NCBI GenBank assembly: GCA_964188305.1
Contig: OZ076885.1
Length of the DNA stretch: 64,000 nt
DNA from: Podarcis bocagei
Lineage: Eukaryota
Strand: one strand, 5' to 3'
Under the pieces are notes generated by a model, which was not told the origin of the DNA, did not search any database, and saw only the letters and a list, made by a program, of their open reading frames with translations. The translations under genes and the position numbers were made by a program. This document shows positions 9,788 through 23,013 of this stretch, piece by piece (positions within the stretch are counted from its first letter, which is position 1; each line of letters begins with the position of its first letter).

Positions 9788-12700
9788 ATTTTTATTCAGA
9801 GGCATACTTTATGACAGGTTTGGGCAGACTTCAGGCTTGACAGTTCTACTTTATTTTTTTGCTAAAACCTCAATATCTACCAACTAGAGCCAGGTGCAAA
9901 AGCCATAGTTAGGATTAAAGAATGGGGTGCCTCCGAGAACACTCTGAGCATATGATTTGGTTTACATTGCAAAAACTGAACTGATCTCACAGTCCTTTCA
10001 CCCAAAAATCAACTCCTGGGTGTCAATTTTGCTTTATTATAATTAAGACTAATAATTGCTATTTATATAGCAGGAATACCATGAAAGTCTTAGAATCATA
10101 GTAGTAATTTTGTAGATCCCTCTTTAATGTTACTTGTCTGTTATATACCCTTATTGCTGGTGTAGTGCACATTCTCTGTGACTGTGCAATAAACACTCTG
10201 ATGCTCTTCATGAAAATCAAGTGTATCATTGGTGCCTGAACTGCCTGTTTACATGTAACCCAGTCCAGAACCCATGGAATTCTGTATGTAACCCATGGAA
10301 TTTCAGCCTCTGTAGTTTGTTACCTTATTGTTTTATTATTAGTTTATATAGAGGTCAGTTTGCCACAATATACACATAGAAAACAATGTGCTACCCAGTT
10401 GCTTCATTTTATTTCTTCTCTGCGAAGGCTTGAATTTCTGTGGTCTGTGAAGGATATTTGATGCTGTATGAATGTTTTTGCAATCCTCATTCTGGTAATC
10501 AATGAGATGTAAAATTGCAGCAGTTCCATGCTGCCTAGAGCCTATGCTGACAAACCTCATTTGGTTTGTCAGAAGGCATAAACCACTCATTAGACCACAT
10601 CATTAGCTCAGTTTCCTTCTAATGTGAAGGAAAAGTGAACCAGGCCAGCTCTTAAGGTGATGATTTTTTTTCTTGCTTTTGTAACTTTAGAATAGCTGCA
10701 GTGATAGTGTAACCTGAATCTCAACATGGTCAGGAGCATCTGAATTAAAAACTGTCCCTTTGAGGAAAGAGTAATGTCCTGAATTTGGAAGCTATTGACC
10801 GGAACTTGAATAGTTTGCACCGAAAATGCTTTAGGATTATACCCTATTCTCCAAAGTTTGGAATGCTTTTTAACCCATTTTGTAACTTTACAACACATTT
10901 CAAGGTTGAAGCCTGCCATGGCTCCAGCCCAGACCACCACAACAGAGGATTTTACTTGTGAGTAAGGAAGAGATCTTTATTGAGACAAAGAAGAGATACA
11001 AGTTCAGCCATGGGTATCAAGTCACAGCTAGGCTAGAGGCAGTGATGAAAGTGTAGTCCAAGATCAGGACAAGGTGCTTAAAACTGCACAGCAGCAATGG
11101 AGCTCTCCCAACAGGTTGGCACATCCACTCACCAAGCTTCTAAAGATGGAGCAAGGCAAGATTACTCATTACACTCTCATGTCTTGCAGGACTGTTAAAC
11201 ATGCAGGTGTTCACTATTTTGGGGGGACATATCTGTTGCAGTGGGTCCTGGGTGAACAGGATGTGCCCTCCTCTTCTGACTACAGTTCATCTACCCCTAA
11301 CAGTTGGTGGCTTCTAGGGTGCTATAAACTGTAGCTCTGTGAAGTCAGGACCATTAATGAACCTCAGTTTGCAGGATTGTTAAAGTGGTACAATGTTGCT
11401 TTAAATGTACATTGTGGGTGTGACCTAGAAGGTTAAAAAATGACATGAGGTAAAACTGAGCTCCTCCCATATGGCTGGTGCTTCTCAAATTATGCGCATG
11501 GCTCCCATGACACAAATGTAACATATGGCGTATTCCTACCCCCCTCACTGCATCTCTGAAAAGTATCTAGTGTGCCCTGTCGAAAGCCTGGTTGTGACTA
11601 ACCATGCACAATGAATAATTGTACTAAGAAATGCCAGCATAGCCTCCATAAGTTGTAATTTTTGGTCAAATGATTCATAAGTCATTACAAATGAAGAATA
11701 ATATTTGGATATTATAACTGATCATTTCATGAAAACACATCAACCGGGACAAATGGCTGAATTCATTGCATAAATACTTTGATTACTTTGCTCAGACTAC
11801 TGAAGCAAAATGACACAGAAAGATGTTCAGGCATATGGAGATGCTGGGCAGGATTCAGCTGTCACAAGGGCTTCCCCTTGCACAATGGGGACCCCCCCCC
11901 CATCTTTACACCTCCTGAATTGGCTCTAGAGAGGCCATGAGATCCCCTGGAATAGTGTGAAGGGGAGAAGAGGGGGAATCAGTTGGTCTGGCAAGCCAAA
12001 ATGCACCGTTCACCCTGATGCACCGTTCACCTTAGTGTGGTATTAAATTCCATTGAAGTTAATGGTCATAGGTAACTTAGGCTCATTAATTTTAATGGGT
12101 TTACACTGGGCAAGACTTAGTTGAATACAACCTTTTTAGCTCTTAAGCACCCTGCAAATTTTTATAGTATTTATAGACCATTTCTCAAACCGTTTTTATT
12201 TCTTCCAGCCCCTTAGCCTGTCATTTCTTTTGTATAAGAGCAGTATTCCGTGCTGTTTGTAGTGCAACATTGCAGTGACCAAGATCTAAGTTTTGTTTTC
12301 TTAATGGCTTCTGCTTCACCTCTCCTTTGCACTGAAAGAGGAAAGTTCATCATGTATATTTCTAAATGAAACCTTGATTCTACTGTTGTTGAAGACCTAC
12401 TGAAATGGACCTAGTCATGTTTGGTGATGCTTTATTTTTAGGAGGTGTTAAAAGGCCATAGTCCTTTATACACATCCATAAACTGCTCATCTGACCACAT
12501 TATTAGCTCAGTTTCTTCCAAAAGTTAAATGGAACCAGGCTAGTGGTTAAGGTGATGTTTAATTTGGTTTAGGATCTTCAGACACAACATGAGAATGGTG
12601 GGGGAAAGTATTTTTTATAGCAATATGTTTGTATTTTACCACCACTAAAATACCTATTTTACTCTTATATAGATGTGCACTGTGCTCCACAGTAAAGCAG

Positions 12701-15445
12701 TTACTGCGTATATAGTGTGAGGGGAAAGCCTAAGTGTATTACAGATCAATCCTATGGATCTTCACCAACTGCACTGATGTAAAGAAGCAGTTTTTGTTAC
12801 AGCCTGTGGTATATAAAGCATCCCCATATTAATTTCTATAAAATACTGAAACCTCTTTAATTTGCTCAAAGTTTAATGACAATTAGGATATAACTGTTAT
12901 GTCTCAAACATACAAGATTTGCATAAGGAACCTTCATGTCCCTAAGGCTCCCCTTGTCTGGCATCTGACAAAGTCATAGTCAGAGTATAGAAAAAACAGA
13001 TGTTGTTTCACTGAACTACGACCCTACATCAGGATTCTTGGGCTTTTGGGTGTCAGATATGCCACAATACCTCACCTTTGTCTCACACCATTGGAATCAA
13101 GTAATAGTCTTGTGTGGGACAACTGGTAAAGCAGTAGTAATCCAGTCCTACTGCCAACATGAAGGGACCAGTTGGGACCATGCCCCAGCTTTGTGACTCC
13201 CATAAGATGCTGTGTGTAAAACAAAAAATTCAATACCTTCAGCACTGTTGTATTTCTACTCATAGACTGGTGGAATTTTCAGAATTATGTTTCTACTGTT
13301 GCCCTCTATTGGACAAGCTGTTAAAAAACTGTATTACTTGTCTTGAGAAAATTATGCTGTGACATTTGTTCTACAGACTTTAATGGGAGTAGGTCTGGTC
13401 ATATCCATTTGGATACTATAGACACAGAGAATTCAGAAGTCATGTTAATGAAAGTCATATTTCTTCCACTATTGGTGTTGGTTTAACATTACCCTAAAAC
13501 CACTAGAGTTTTTTGAGACCCAGAGAAGAGTCTATGTTAGAGAATCCCATGTATGAAACTAGCTCAGTTCAGATTAGATGGGCACCAATGATCTGCCATG
13601 ACAACTTTTCTCCTTTGAAAATAATAAAGCAGTTCCCAATAAGGATGGAGGAGGAATTTGGTAGGCTTTTTACAGCAGATTGACTCAGTCCAATGGGCCA
13701 GAATTGGCTTGCAGATGGAAATGCAACACCCAGTCAGAGTTTGCAATGCCATTTTGGTGTGCAAAAATTGCTCTCAAAATTATGGGTTGCATCTGACAAA
13801 GTCATTATTCCCTCTGGACAACTTGCAACCACGCAATGGAACTTACCCTCCCTCTCTCCCCTCCAGGGGCACGTGGGGAGAGGAGAGGGAAGGGAAGTTC
13901 CATGGTGGGAACAGAAGTCATTCTCCATTGAACAATCTGAATTTGGGGTGAAATGTGTACAATTATGCAGTTAATAATGCATGCAGTTTAAATGCAAACT
14001 TTCCAAAATCAGTTCCAGGCTTCAAACACAGAGCAGGCCTATTTGTTAGTGCCAGCAAAAATGAAACAGGACAGACCTAAGCTGATCTGTCCATCTCGAG
14101 TTTTCAGTAAGACGACTGCAAGCTGGGTTTAATGAGACAAAAATTGCAGTCATTTTGCACCCCCATTTTTTTCTCAGAAGCTCCATGGCCTCTATATTTC
14201 TCATACTCAGACGACAGTTTTCTCCTGGTAAACCATGAGTTGCAGACCATTGAGTTCTGTTTGACTCCCACCTCCTTTCGGTAGGTTTTACTTGTGAAGA
14301 GCTATCTCACTGATTGAAAGGCCACCACAGCTATTGAGGTCGCTTGTCACGAGGGGGCTCTGCTATGGGTTCCATAGCAGCTTCCTCTTTTCTTGAATGA
14401 ATGCAGCAGTCATTCAGTGTCCCTGCTGCCCACGTAATACTGAATGAAATATTCTCTTCATATTTTAAACAGATTGAGACTATGAAGAAAGACTGGCAGT
14501 TTGTAACAAGAGGGTTGGCTTCTATTTTGCTGGCCCCAAGAAAGAAGTCCTTTGTCTGTGTAACTCAAGCAGATAGACTAACCACTAGAGCACCTGCATT
14601 ATTGGCCAGGAACGGAGAAGGGCAGAAGATGGACTAGGTATTCTGGTAGGTTTATTTTCCATCTCTTAACTATTTATGTGAAATCCATTTTTGCTTTGCA
14701 AAAAATGCAGTGTCTAGGAATGTTCTTTGTGAAGGAATGTTTATGATCATACATTGAATCCTTGAGCGAGATTTTTTGGCTTCAGAGCCTTTTACCACAA
14801 CTTCAGAAGAAGATAGCGGAAGTCCAGTTTTGCAGACAAATCCTCTGTGTGAACAGAATTGGAAGTAAGCCCCACGGAGTTTCTGGCTGGACAGGAATAT
14901 GGCACATTATGAAATGGCACAAGAAGATGAAGCGGCTATTTCATTTTTCTTCATAGTTGTGCGACTCTTCAGCAATTGAAGTTCTGGTGGTGGTAACAGC
15001 ACCAGGCTCATCTCTGCTAGGAATGCACAATCTGCTTCTTTTTTAAAAAAAGAAGTCCTACATTTTTATCCAACTGTGTTTAGCAGTTGGGGAGGGGGAA
15101 CACTCAGTGCAGGCTTAAATGAACCCTCTTGTTTATGACTTATTTTCAAATGAAGGCTAATTTTTTATGATAACACTTATGTTTAAATTATAAGGATGTG
15201 TAGTACTGTATATAAAGAGGGCTTTAGGATCATGGTGGTTAAAAAATGTAATACAAAAACCTCTTAATTTGTGCAGTTTCCACCACCTGAATTATCATTC
15301 TTGGTGATTTTAGCTCTTGGGATAGTGATTCTTTGTGGTTGTCAATGTGAGCTCAGTTTTTGAGTTTCTAGGATTAGAGATCCTGTTGGAATGCAGAAAG
15401 CTGCTGAAAGAAGGCAAAAACAATAAAAATAAAATGGAGGCATAT

Positions 15446-15447
<2 letters not shown>

Positions 15448-15480
<33 letters not shown>
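15448..15480. repeat. (GAT)11 microsatellite
   Basis: Direct reading. Confidence 0.95.
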
Positions 15481-18305
15481 AGGATGGATTTCTCTAAAGA
15501 TCCTGTTATAAGTGAAACAAAGAATACATAAATATTGCCATAATGTGTTAGAAAATCCAACATTTTATTTTGTGAAATTATTTTTCTTTGTTTCTTCCTC
15601 TTACTTGTTTTCAAATCAGCCAGTCAGAACTGAGGAGTTAGTAAGGCAGATGCAAAGCTGTCCCATAAATTCACTAGGTTAAACATGCCGGACCACAAAC
15701 CACTCCTTAATACTCCTCACTCATTGCTCCCCCTTTCACTAGTGAACTTCACAGTGTTGTACAAAGACAAGCATAGCAGGAGTGAGAAAACCCCAAGAAG
15801 CAAAAAAAAGTTGTGTCTTCTCTCCAACCTATTAATGTGAATTTTAGCAGTCCATCTCAGAAACCCATTGTGAATGTCCAGGTATTTTAATAGCATAGAG
15901 GTGCCTCAATTCTTAAAGTAACCATTAATTGTGATAATAGCCACAATCCAACAGAAAAACACACTGGCATGCAACACCATCCCAAGTCAGTAGAGACCCA
16001 TCTTTCCCTACATGCCACCTTTGTAGCGGGCTGTTTTTCTGATGGGGAACCTCATTGACTAGTGATTCAGGGCAGAGCTTTCTTGGTGGTGGCAACCCAT
16101 CTGTGGATTTTCCTCTTCCTCAGGGCTTTTGGAAGAGGTGGATGTGTTTTCGGCCATGGGTGTTGCCTTCTGCTGTAGTGCTGTGATGGCATGAATTTAA
16201 AACCATTATTTTAAATAATGGTTAAGATTGTAAACGTTTTTTATTATTATTGAACCCATTGAATGGTATTTTGTAAACCTCTCATGTCCTAACCAGTGAA
16301 GGGTACTTTTTCTAGTCTAGTCTAGTCCTGTCACTGAATGTGAATTCAGATGACAGAAACCTCAGTCTGTGTGTTTACGGGCAGGGAAGTTCTCTGAAGC
16401 CTATGATCATTCAGTTGTACACAACATTACTAATTCTCTGTGTCAGCTATGGAGGAAATGTAGCACTTTCAAACTTCTGAGCAGGTACCATGTAGTTAGT
16501 AAATCTGAGTACCAGCCCTTGAAGAAAAAGAAAAAGTGTGTGTGTGTAATTTTCTGCTCAAGGAAACACACATCTGGGATTCTTCTGTTATTGTTGGAAG
16601 TAGCAAATGTGAGCAGGACTGAGGTGAAAGGGCTATTTGAGATGAACTGTGACTGCCTCAGTTCTCTTTTCAGCAACTCAAGCAGAGGTAATGGCACAGT
16701 CAAGCATTCCTGTGCTGAACACCTGCACTATCCCAGCAACCACTGTGTGACTTACCAATTTGCCTTTCAACATCTAATCTCAGTTTATCCACTTTCCCTT
16801 CACTCCCATCAGCCACCTGTGCTGCCCAATACTCTGGCCAATATTGATGACCTATTTGGTCTTGCGGTGGGGGGGAAGGGGCACAAAAACAGAGCCCCAA
16901 TCACTAGTGCTCCCCCCATTCTGAACTTTCTTAATAGGCGAACAGTGCTTCTGTGCACAATCCACCCCCCCCCCCACGTATCTCCCAGCTCATGCACTGG
17001 ACTTGTCTCCAAGCCCTTGTCTTTATGTGGAAACGCATTTGCATATGCTAATAAACTTCTCTTGCTGAAGACCCAAAATACAAGTCTACTTCCATTGCCA
17101 TTGCTTTTCTTTTGCACTGGATTTATTATGGTTGTTGCTGCTGCTGTTAATCAGTGACTACGTAGAAAGGCATTGCTAGGCTAGGCTTCATTGTAAGGAG
17201 AAGAAACAGACAGACAGATAGGGGGAAAGGAATGGTCCCTGACCCTGGGACACTGAAGTACGGACTCAATTAGTTAATTGAGTTAAAGCGCCCACCACAC
17301 GTTCTATACATGAAAGTTAACACCATGAACTCTGAACAATTGTGCAGCTTATCTCCTAAGCCACAGAAAGCAGACTAACCTCTTTGAATTTGCTCAGCAG
17401 CGCTGTAGCTGAGCTCTTATATAAGCCAAAACCAGCTGGGAGAACTGCAGAATGGCAAGACTTAAATTTCAAACCATCAGAAAACCTATAGTTATGGGAA
17501 AGATGCAGGGGCGGGGGAGAACCCCCACCAGTCACGGTTTGTTCACAGATGAAACTCAGAGCGGTTTCATCAATAAAGCATCTGCCACCAATCGTACTGA
17601 ACAGATGGCAGCAGAGGGAGGGGAGAAGGTCCATACACCTGTATAGATAAAGGTTTCCTCATTATTTACATGTGATATTAGCTGCATCCTTTGTGGGGAT
17701 TACATTATGTGTTTACAGTATTGATTTCCTTGCTCTTAGCAGCCGTAGGTTAATGTTTTCCTGAACCAACCTCTAGTGTAGAACAGGTCTGGCAAATGTG
17801 CTGAGTCCAGCAGGAATTTTTAATGGGGGGAAATGCGCAATCCTAACAGCAGGAAGAGAAATGGGGAGCTGTTATGATCCACTACTGTGGTAACCTCCCT
17901 GTATGGAAAAAGGCTGTATAATAATAATAAAATGATGTCATTGTCACTGTACATCTTAGTTTGGATTTAAATGTGAATGTCGCTTTGATCATGGTTCCCC
18001 TCCCCAAACATATATTCCACATTTCAGTTTCTATGCATTGCATGGTGTTCAGAGCAGGAATATTTCAGGAGAGTATAGAGAGTACAGTGTTTACTTCATA
18101 GATGTTCATTGTGTATCTGAAAGGAGTTTCTAACTCCTTTAATCAAGGGTAGGATAATTGGCAGTACCCTTGTATATACAGAGCTACTGCCATTCTGAGT
18201 CTCAAAATTCTAGATTTCTCCCCAAAACCTCATTCTGTTCTGTGAACTGCCTTGAGACCTTTGGCTATAGGGTGATATATAAAGTCTAATTCTAATAATA
18301 ATAAA

Positions 18306-18306
<1 letters not shown>

Positions 18307-18350
<44 letters not shown>
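18307..18350. repeat. (AAGT)11 microsatellite, probably expanded from a LINE tail
   Basis: Direct reading; preceded by an L2-like 3' end (ctgtgaactgccttgag...taataataaat). Confidence 0.9.
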
Positions 18351-18353
<3 letters not shown>

Positions 18354-18689
18354 TATTTTCTCCATGTGAGAAAACTGAGAAACAAGAGAGGAGGAAGGAA
18401 TAGCAGATCTCTTTCCCACTGCTGCTATGAATGCTGCTGCGGCTGCAGTGGAGAGCAGGAGAAGGGGAAGACAGTACCTGAATTCTCCTTTCCCTGTTAT
18501 GGGGGCAACAGCAGCAGTAAAAGGAAACACCCTCTTGTTTGGGGCTTTCCATAGGTTTGATCCAAAAGATGCAGCTGGTTACATATTGCTGTGGCCTGGT
18601 TGTTGAGTGGAGCACCTGAACACACAAACATTGCACTTGTGCTGAGAGAACTGCATTGCCTTATGGTCAGTCACCAAGCCATACTCAAG

Positions 18690-18970
18690 GTCTTCATAAC
18701 CTAAAGTCATGAGAAATTTGAGACTGGGCTACCTGAAAGATCACCTGCCCCTGTGTAGATCTGTAAGCTCACATAGATAATCTGTGGAAATTCTACTTGT
18801 GGCTCAGTACCCTACAGAAAATCATAGGTCAGTGACCCCAAAACTGGTATTTTCTGCTGTTGACCTCATACTGCGGAATGCCGTTCCCTCTGTCATGCAT
18901 CAAGCACCAATTGTCATTTACTTCAAATGTCTTGGGAAGACTTATCTTTTTGCCCAGGCTTTCCCTGACC
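18690..18970 (+). mobile_element. L2 LINE 3' fragment
   Basis: ctgggctacctgaaagatcacctg (LGYLKDHL) and gaagacttatctttttgcccaggctttc (KTYLFAQAF). Confidence 0.6.
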
Positions 18971-19614
18971 CCATAAGATCAGCATTGTTTCATGCATCTT
19001 AATTTCAGCTATTGTATCAGCTATTATTCTAATTTGACTCTTGCTTTCTTCCATTTTATTTTAAATATCTGGCTTGGTACTAACCCCATTTTCTGCATTA
19101 TGCAATGAAGCACATTAATAACCATATGTGGTAAAAACAAAACAACTAAACCTGTTCATGCATGCTTAGCTTTCAATTTATTCAGCAACATTATCCCAGA
19201 TTGATCATAAAGCTCACCTCTCTCACGTGTGAATTGGGTAATATATTATCATATGCATTTACATACAGTGGGGAAAGCCTCCCTGTTCCTTTGTTCTTCA
19301 AAATGAATACTAATCTATTGTGGAAAGTTGAGATAAACAAGAAATGATTTTCTAGTTAGTTGCTTCATTATGACTAACGCACACTGTTAGCCTTAATATG
19401 AAGTACTAAGTAGGATTTGGACCATTGAATTAAATACTGTGCAGCCACATAATGCAGCCAGCGCATCCTGCCAATGCACACCAAAGCAAGAGATCACTCA
19501 CATTTCTCTAATTCAGAATCTTCGATGAACCATAATTCCCCAACTCCCAGCTTTCATTAAAAAGGAGTGTTTCTACCATTTGTAGAACCTAAGATATGAG
19601 GCCAAATTCCTTTT

Positions 19615-19636
19615 TGTGTGTGTGTGTGTGTGTGTG
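19615..19636. repeat. (TG)11 microsatellite
   Basis: Direct reading. Confidence 0.9.
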
Positions 19637-20921
19637 AGAAACTAGCCTACTCCCACCTTTCAGTGGTTTTGAACCAACGAATGAAGCCATAGCAGTGACT
19701 AACATTTAGGGAAGCAGAGCTAACCAATTAGACAAAGAGAAAGCTCAAGTGGAACTTCCATTATCTAGACTCTTGGCTTATTGCTAATCCTTTTCTTCTA
19801 GTCTTTCCTAGTGGAGAAGTGATTGCTGCCCCATTGAAACCAAAGCAGGTATCCAGCATTTTAGTGTAGCAGTGATTGAGGAATAGTGTGTCAACTCAAC
19901 AACAGGTAGTAGCAAAGGTAGGGGCTTGTGATCTTTTTAATTTGGGATTAGAAACAAAAACAAACAAAAAAAGGTTCTCTTCTGAGTTTGTAAATCTTTT
20001 GAAAATTATTCTCTTAATGCCAAGGCAAATAAAGTTCATCATTATTGCATCCATACTGCAGGGGGCAGGATTGTGGCTAAACAAGTGTGGATCATAGAAG
20101 CCCTGCAAAATAACATAGTGTTGTTATACCCATTTTGGTGAAGGGAGATGGAAAGTAATATATGACAACGCTGAAGTCCAGTACTGTTAACCTGGCTTTT
20201 GGGGGGGGGATGAGGGATGCAGTGAGGAAGGCACTGTAAAATTGCTTCTAGAAGTAATGAAATTAATTAAGGACTGGATGAAGTGAAAGGAGCCAGGGAA
20301 AGGACTGAAAGTCTCCAAAGTGAGTGGAAAGGTGTTTTCGGGATGTAGCTCCACCAGTAGATGGACACTAGGTCTACCAATTTAGATCTGCCAGAGGGGT
20401 GACTCTGCAATACTTTTACACACAGTGTGCAGTGTGTGAGTGACTGTACAAAGTAGGGCACTCCTACCTTGTTACGTTATAAAACAACCTCCCTGAGGGA
20501 GACTAGTCAGTTTTCTTCATTGCTGGAATACTGCCAGTGACTGAGAAAGCATTTCTAGTTTGGTTTTCAATTATATTTTTTAAATGGGTTTTGTTCTGTT
20601 TTTCTGGGTTTTATTATGAAATAGCTTGTTTCTTCCAGTATTTTATGGCCCTGGATTTGTATACTTAGCATTTGAATTGAGCATGTTAATTGTTTTCAAT
20701 TAAATGTTGTAAGCTGCCTTGAGCATTTTGTATGAAAAAGCATCTGATACACAGAGCAAATCTTCTTCTTCTTCTTTGGTGATCACTCATAGCCAAGTAA
20801 GATTGTCTACCATGAACATGATCTTAACCACAGTGGGGACATAGGTTTGTGGGCGGGAGTTGATCACAGTGAGGGTTTGCCAAGCGTGACTTCCTCTTAG
20901 CACACTTCTCCCTTTCGTCTT

Positions 20922-22066
20922 TTTTTTTTTAAGAATAATTTTTTATTAACCGACCAATCACATCAAATCAAACCAAATTACATAAATTCCAAATTACACA
21001 GCCGAAATTTAAATTTTTGTTGGGGGTACCCATATTTCAAGTTCTGAAGGGGATCCAATCAGCTTCTTGCTTCTTACTGCTGTTTTAATGTCCACAGATC
21101 TAACCTTATGATGTTCACAGTACTATCCAGTTGTTTCTTCTTGTTTTTCCACATCTCTTGTTGTTATTTTCATATATTTTTCCTTTCTCTTTGTGACCTC
21201 TGATAGTCTCCACAAGCTGGTTAGACAGTTTGTAATCCTGCGTGGATATTATTATTTTTTATCCAGTAGCCATATCCAGACGTTTTCCATGTAACATCAC
21301 TTCCATACATCAAAACAGTCTTAGCGTCATTAATCTTCACCAATCTGCCTCCTTTCTCAAAACCTCTGAGGAGATTCACCAGGAATGCAGTCTGAAAACA
21401 AGTCCGTTCCTTCTCTCGGCTATAAATCCTTTGGCAAGATGGCGACTCCGAATTAATTGCTGCGCCATTCCAAAAGCTCTTATTGCTTCTCGATCTCTAT
21501 AAAGCATACTTTTGGTTAAAGTTTATCTCCACACAGACCTTGATCATCCTGCTTGGGTCAGTTCAACCGACGATTCTAATGAGGAGGGGTTCTTGTAAAT
21601 CACATAGAAGGAAAGTAAAAAAGGTCCCCCCCCCATTCAGTCCCATTGTCAACATACCCAGCCTTTGGTGTATCTTCATCGTAAAATAGTCCTGTTTCTC
21701 CAACCTGTTGTCTTCTTTCGCAGAGGTCACTTAAATTACCAGACTTCACTCCCCTTCTTCACTTGAAATATGTGCATTTGCTTCTTTTGTAATTAATTAT
21801 TCCAAATTGCTGCAGCTAGTGCGCGATGAGAGACAGCGTCCAGGAGAGCCGAGGTCCACACGGGGGCATTCTGCCTAGGGCCCTCACCCCCTTCTTTCGA
21901 ATTAGGGGGTGATTTATGGGCACAGCAGGCAAGGGCAGTGTTCCCCATTTCCTTGGGGCAACAAGGGAGGCTGCCTACTCCCATAACAGCCTCTTAATTA
22001 CCCCGTGTGGGTCAGAGAGATGGTATTGTCGGCCATCTTCCAATGCGCCCCCTAGTGGCCCCCCAT
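20922..22066 (-). mobile_element. 5'-intact non-autonomous L1-type retroelement (about 1.15 kb)
   Basis: 16-bp TSD ttctccctttcgtctt (20906-20921, 22067-22082); AATAAA and poly(A) at the 3' end; G-rich 5' end with gaagatggccg as in L1 5'UTRs; no long ORF. Confidence 0.8.
22030..22060 (-). promoter_or_regulatory. CTCF consensus (GGCCACTAGGGGGCGC) next to a YY1 motif (AAGATGGCCG) at the retroelement 5' end
   Basis: Plus strand reads cggccatcttc caat gcgccccctagtggcc. Motif match only; no binding evidence. Confidence 0.6.
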
Positions 22067-22688
22067 TTCTCCCTTTCGTCTTGTGTTCAAACGTCTTCAA
22101 AATCCATGACACCTTTGGTAAAGGCTGTTCTCTGATTGGAGTGCTCACAGGCCAGTGTTTCCCAGTTGTCAGTGTTTATACTATATTTTTTAATATTTGC
22201 CTTGAGAGAGTCTTTGAACCTCTTTTGTTGATCACCAGCATTACGCTTTCCATTTTTTTAAGTTCAGAGTAGAGTAGTTGCTTTGGAAGACAATAATCAG
22301 GCATCCTCACAAATGACCAGTCCAACGAAGTTGATGTTGAAGAATCATTGCTTTGACACTGGCGATCTTTGCTTCTTCCAGTACACTGGCATTAGTTCTC
22401 CCGTCTTCCCAAGTGATGTGTAAGTCCAACTCACCATGACAAGGTGATGATCCAGTGAGTGAGACAGAGCAAATAAATAAACAGTGTCTCCACTTACGCT
22501 CCCAGTGGCAGGGCTCTCTGACATTTGGAGTTACAACTCTGGTTTCAAGATCACATAATGATCCTTTTAAGTGGACAGGAGTTCATGTAGTTATCAGGTT
22601 CTTACCCTGCCTTTCCATGTCTTCCATTCCCCCATATCTTATGATGATAGAGCAATAGCTGTGCTGTCTTAGTGCCCATCCTATAAAT

Positions 22689-22873
22689 CAGGGGTTGTCA
22701 ACCTGGTCCCTACAGCCCACTAGTGGGCATTTCAGGATTCTAGGGGGGCAGTAGGGGGTTCTACAGCACAAGCTGAATCCTCCTTCTATTGGGCACTGGT
22801 GGGCGGTAAGAAATGTTACCATCAAGAAAGATCCATTAGTGGGCAGTAGGTATAAAAAGGTTGACTATCCCTG
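22689..22873. mobile_element. hAT (Buster/Charlie-like) MITE
   Basis: TIRs caggggttgtcaacct / aggttgactatccctg; perfect 8-bp TSD ctataaat (22681-22688, 22874-22881). Confidence 0.88.
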
Positions 22874-22967
22874 CTATAAATAAAGACTGGACAAAGTTAT
22901 ATAGAGAAAAATGCATGAAAAAGAGTGTGGAAACAAAGAGACACTCGGATTGTGTACTTTCCCCACA

Positions 22968-22970
<3 letters not shown>

Positions 22971-23010
<40 letters not shown>
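22971..23010. repeat. (TA)20 microsatellite at the 3' end of the Penelope-like element
   Basis: Direct reading. Confidence 0.95.

Positions 23011-23013
<3 letters not shown>

Larger units (their letters stand above)
20762..22463 (-). mobile_element. 5'-truncated RTE-clade LINE, interrupted by the 20922-22066 element
   Basis: Minus-strand peptide with frameshifts: HITWEDGRTNASVLEEA, QLRWTGH, RMPDYCLPKQLLYSEL, KRFKDSLK, NWETLA, CPHCG. (GAA)n tail at 20762-20776; 11-bp TSD acagagcaaat (20751-20761, 22464-22474). Confidence 0.85.

Noticed and set aside
10655-10745. Possible C/D-box snoRNA (gtgatga...ctga)
   Set aside because: No convincing terminal stem or guide, and the boxes are not kept in the duplicate at about 12550.
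12001-12031. Short tandem duplications here and at 10269-10302 and 55405-55443
   Set aside because: Ordinary slippage duplications of about 17-21 bp.
14461-14650. Possible exon after ttttaaacag
   Set aside because: The acceptor-like site is plausible, but the peptide is unrecognisable and no partner exons were found.
16369-17157. 262-aa ORF, the longest in the track
   Set aside because: Non-ATG start, runs through simple repeats and homopolymers, no recognisable domain and no convincing splice context.
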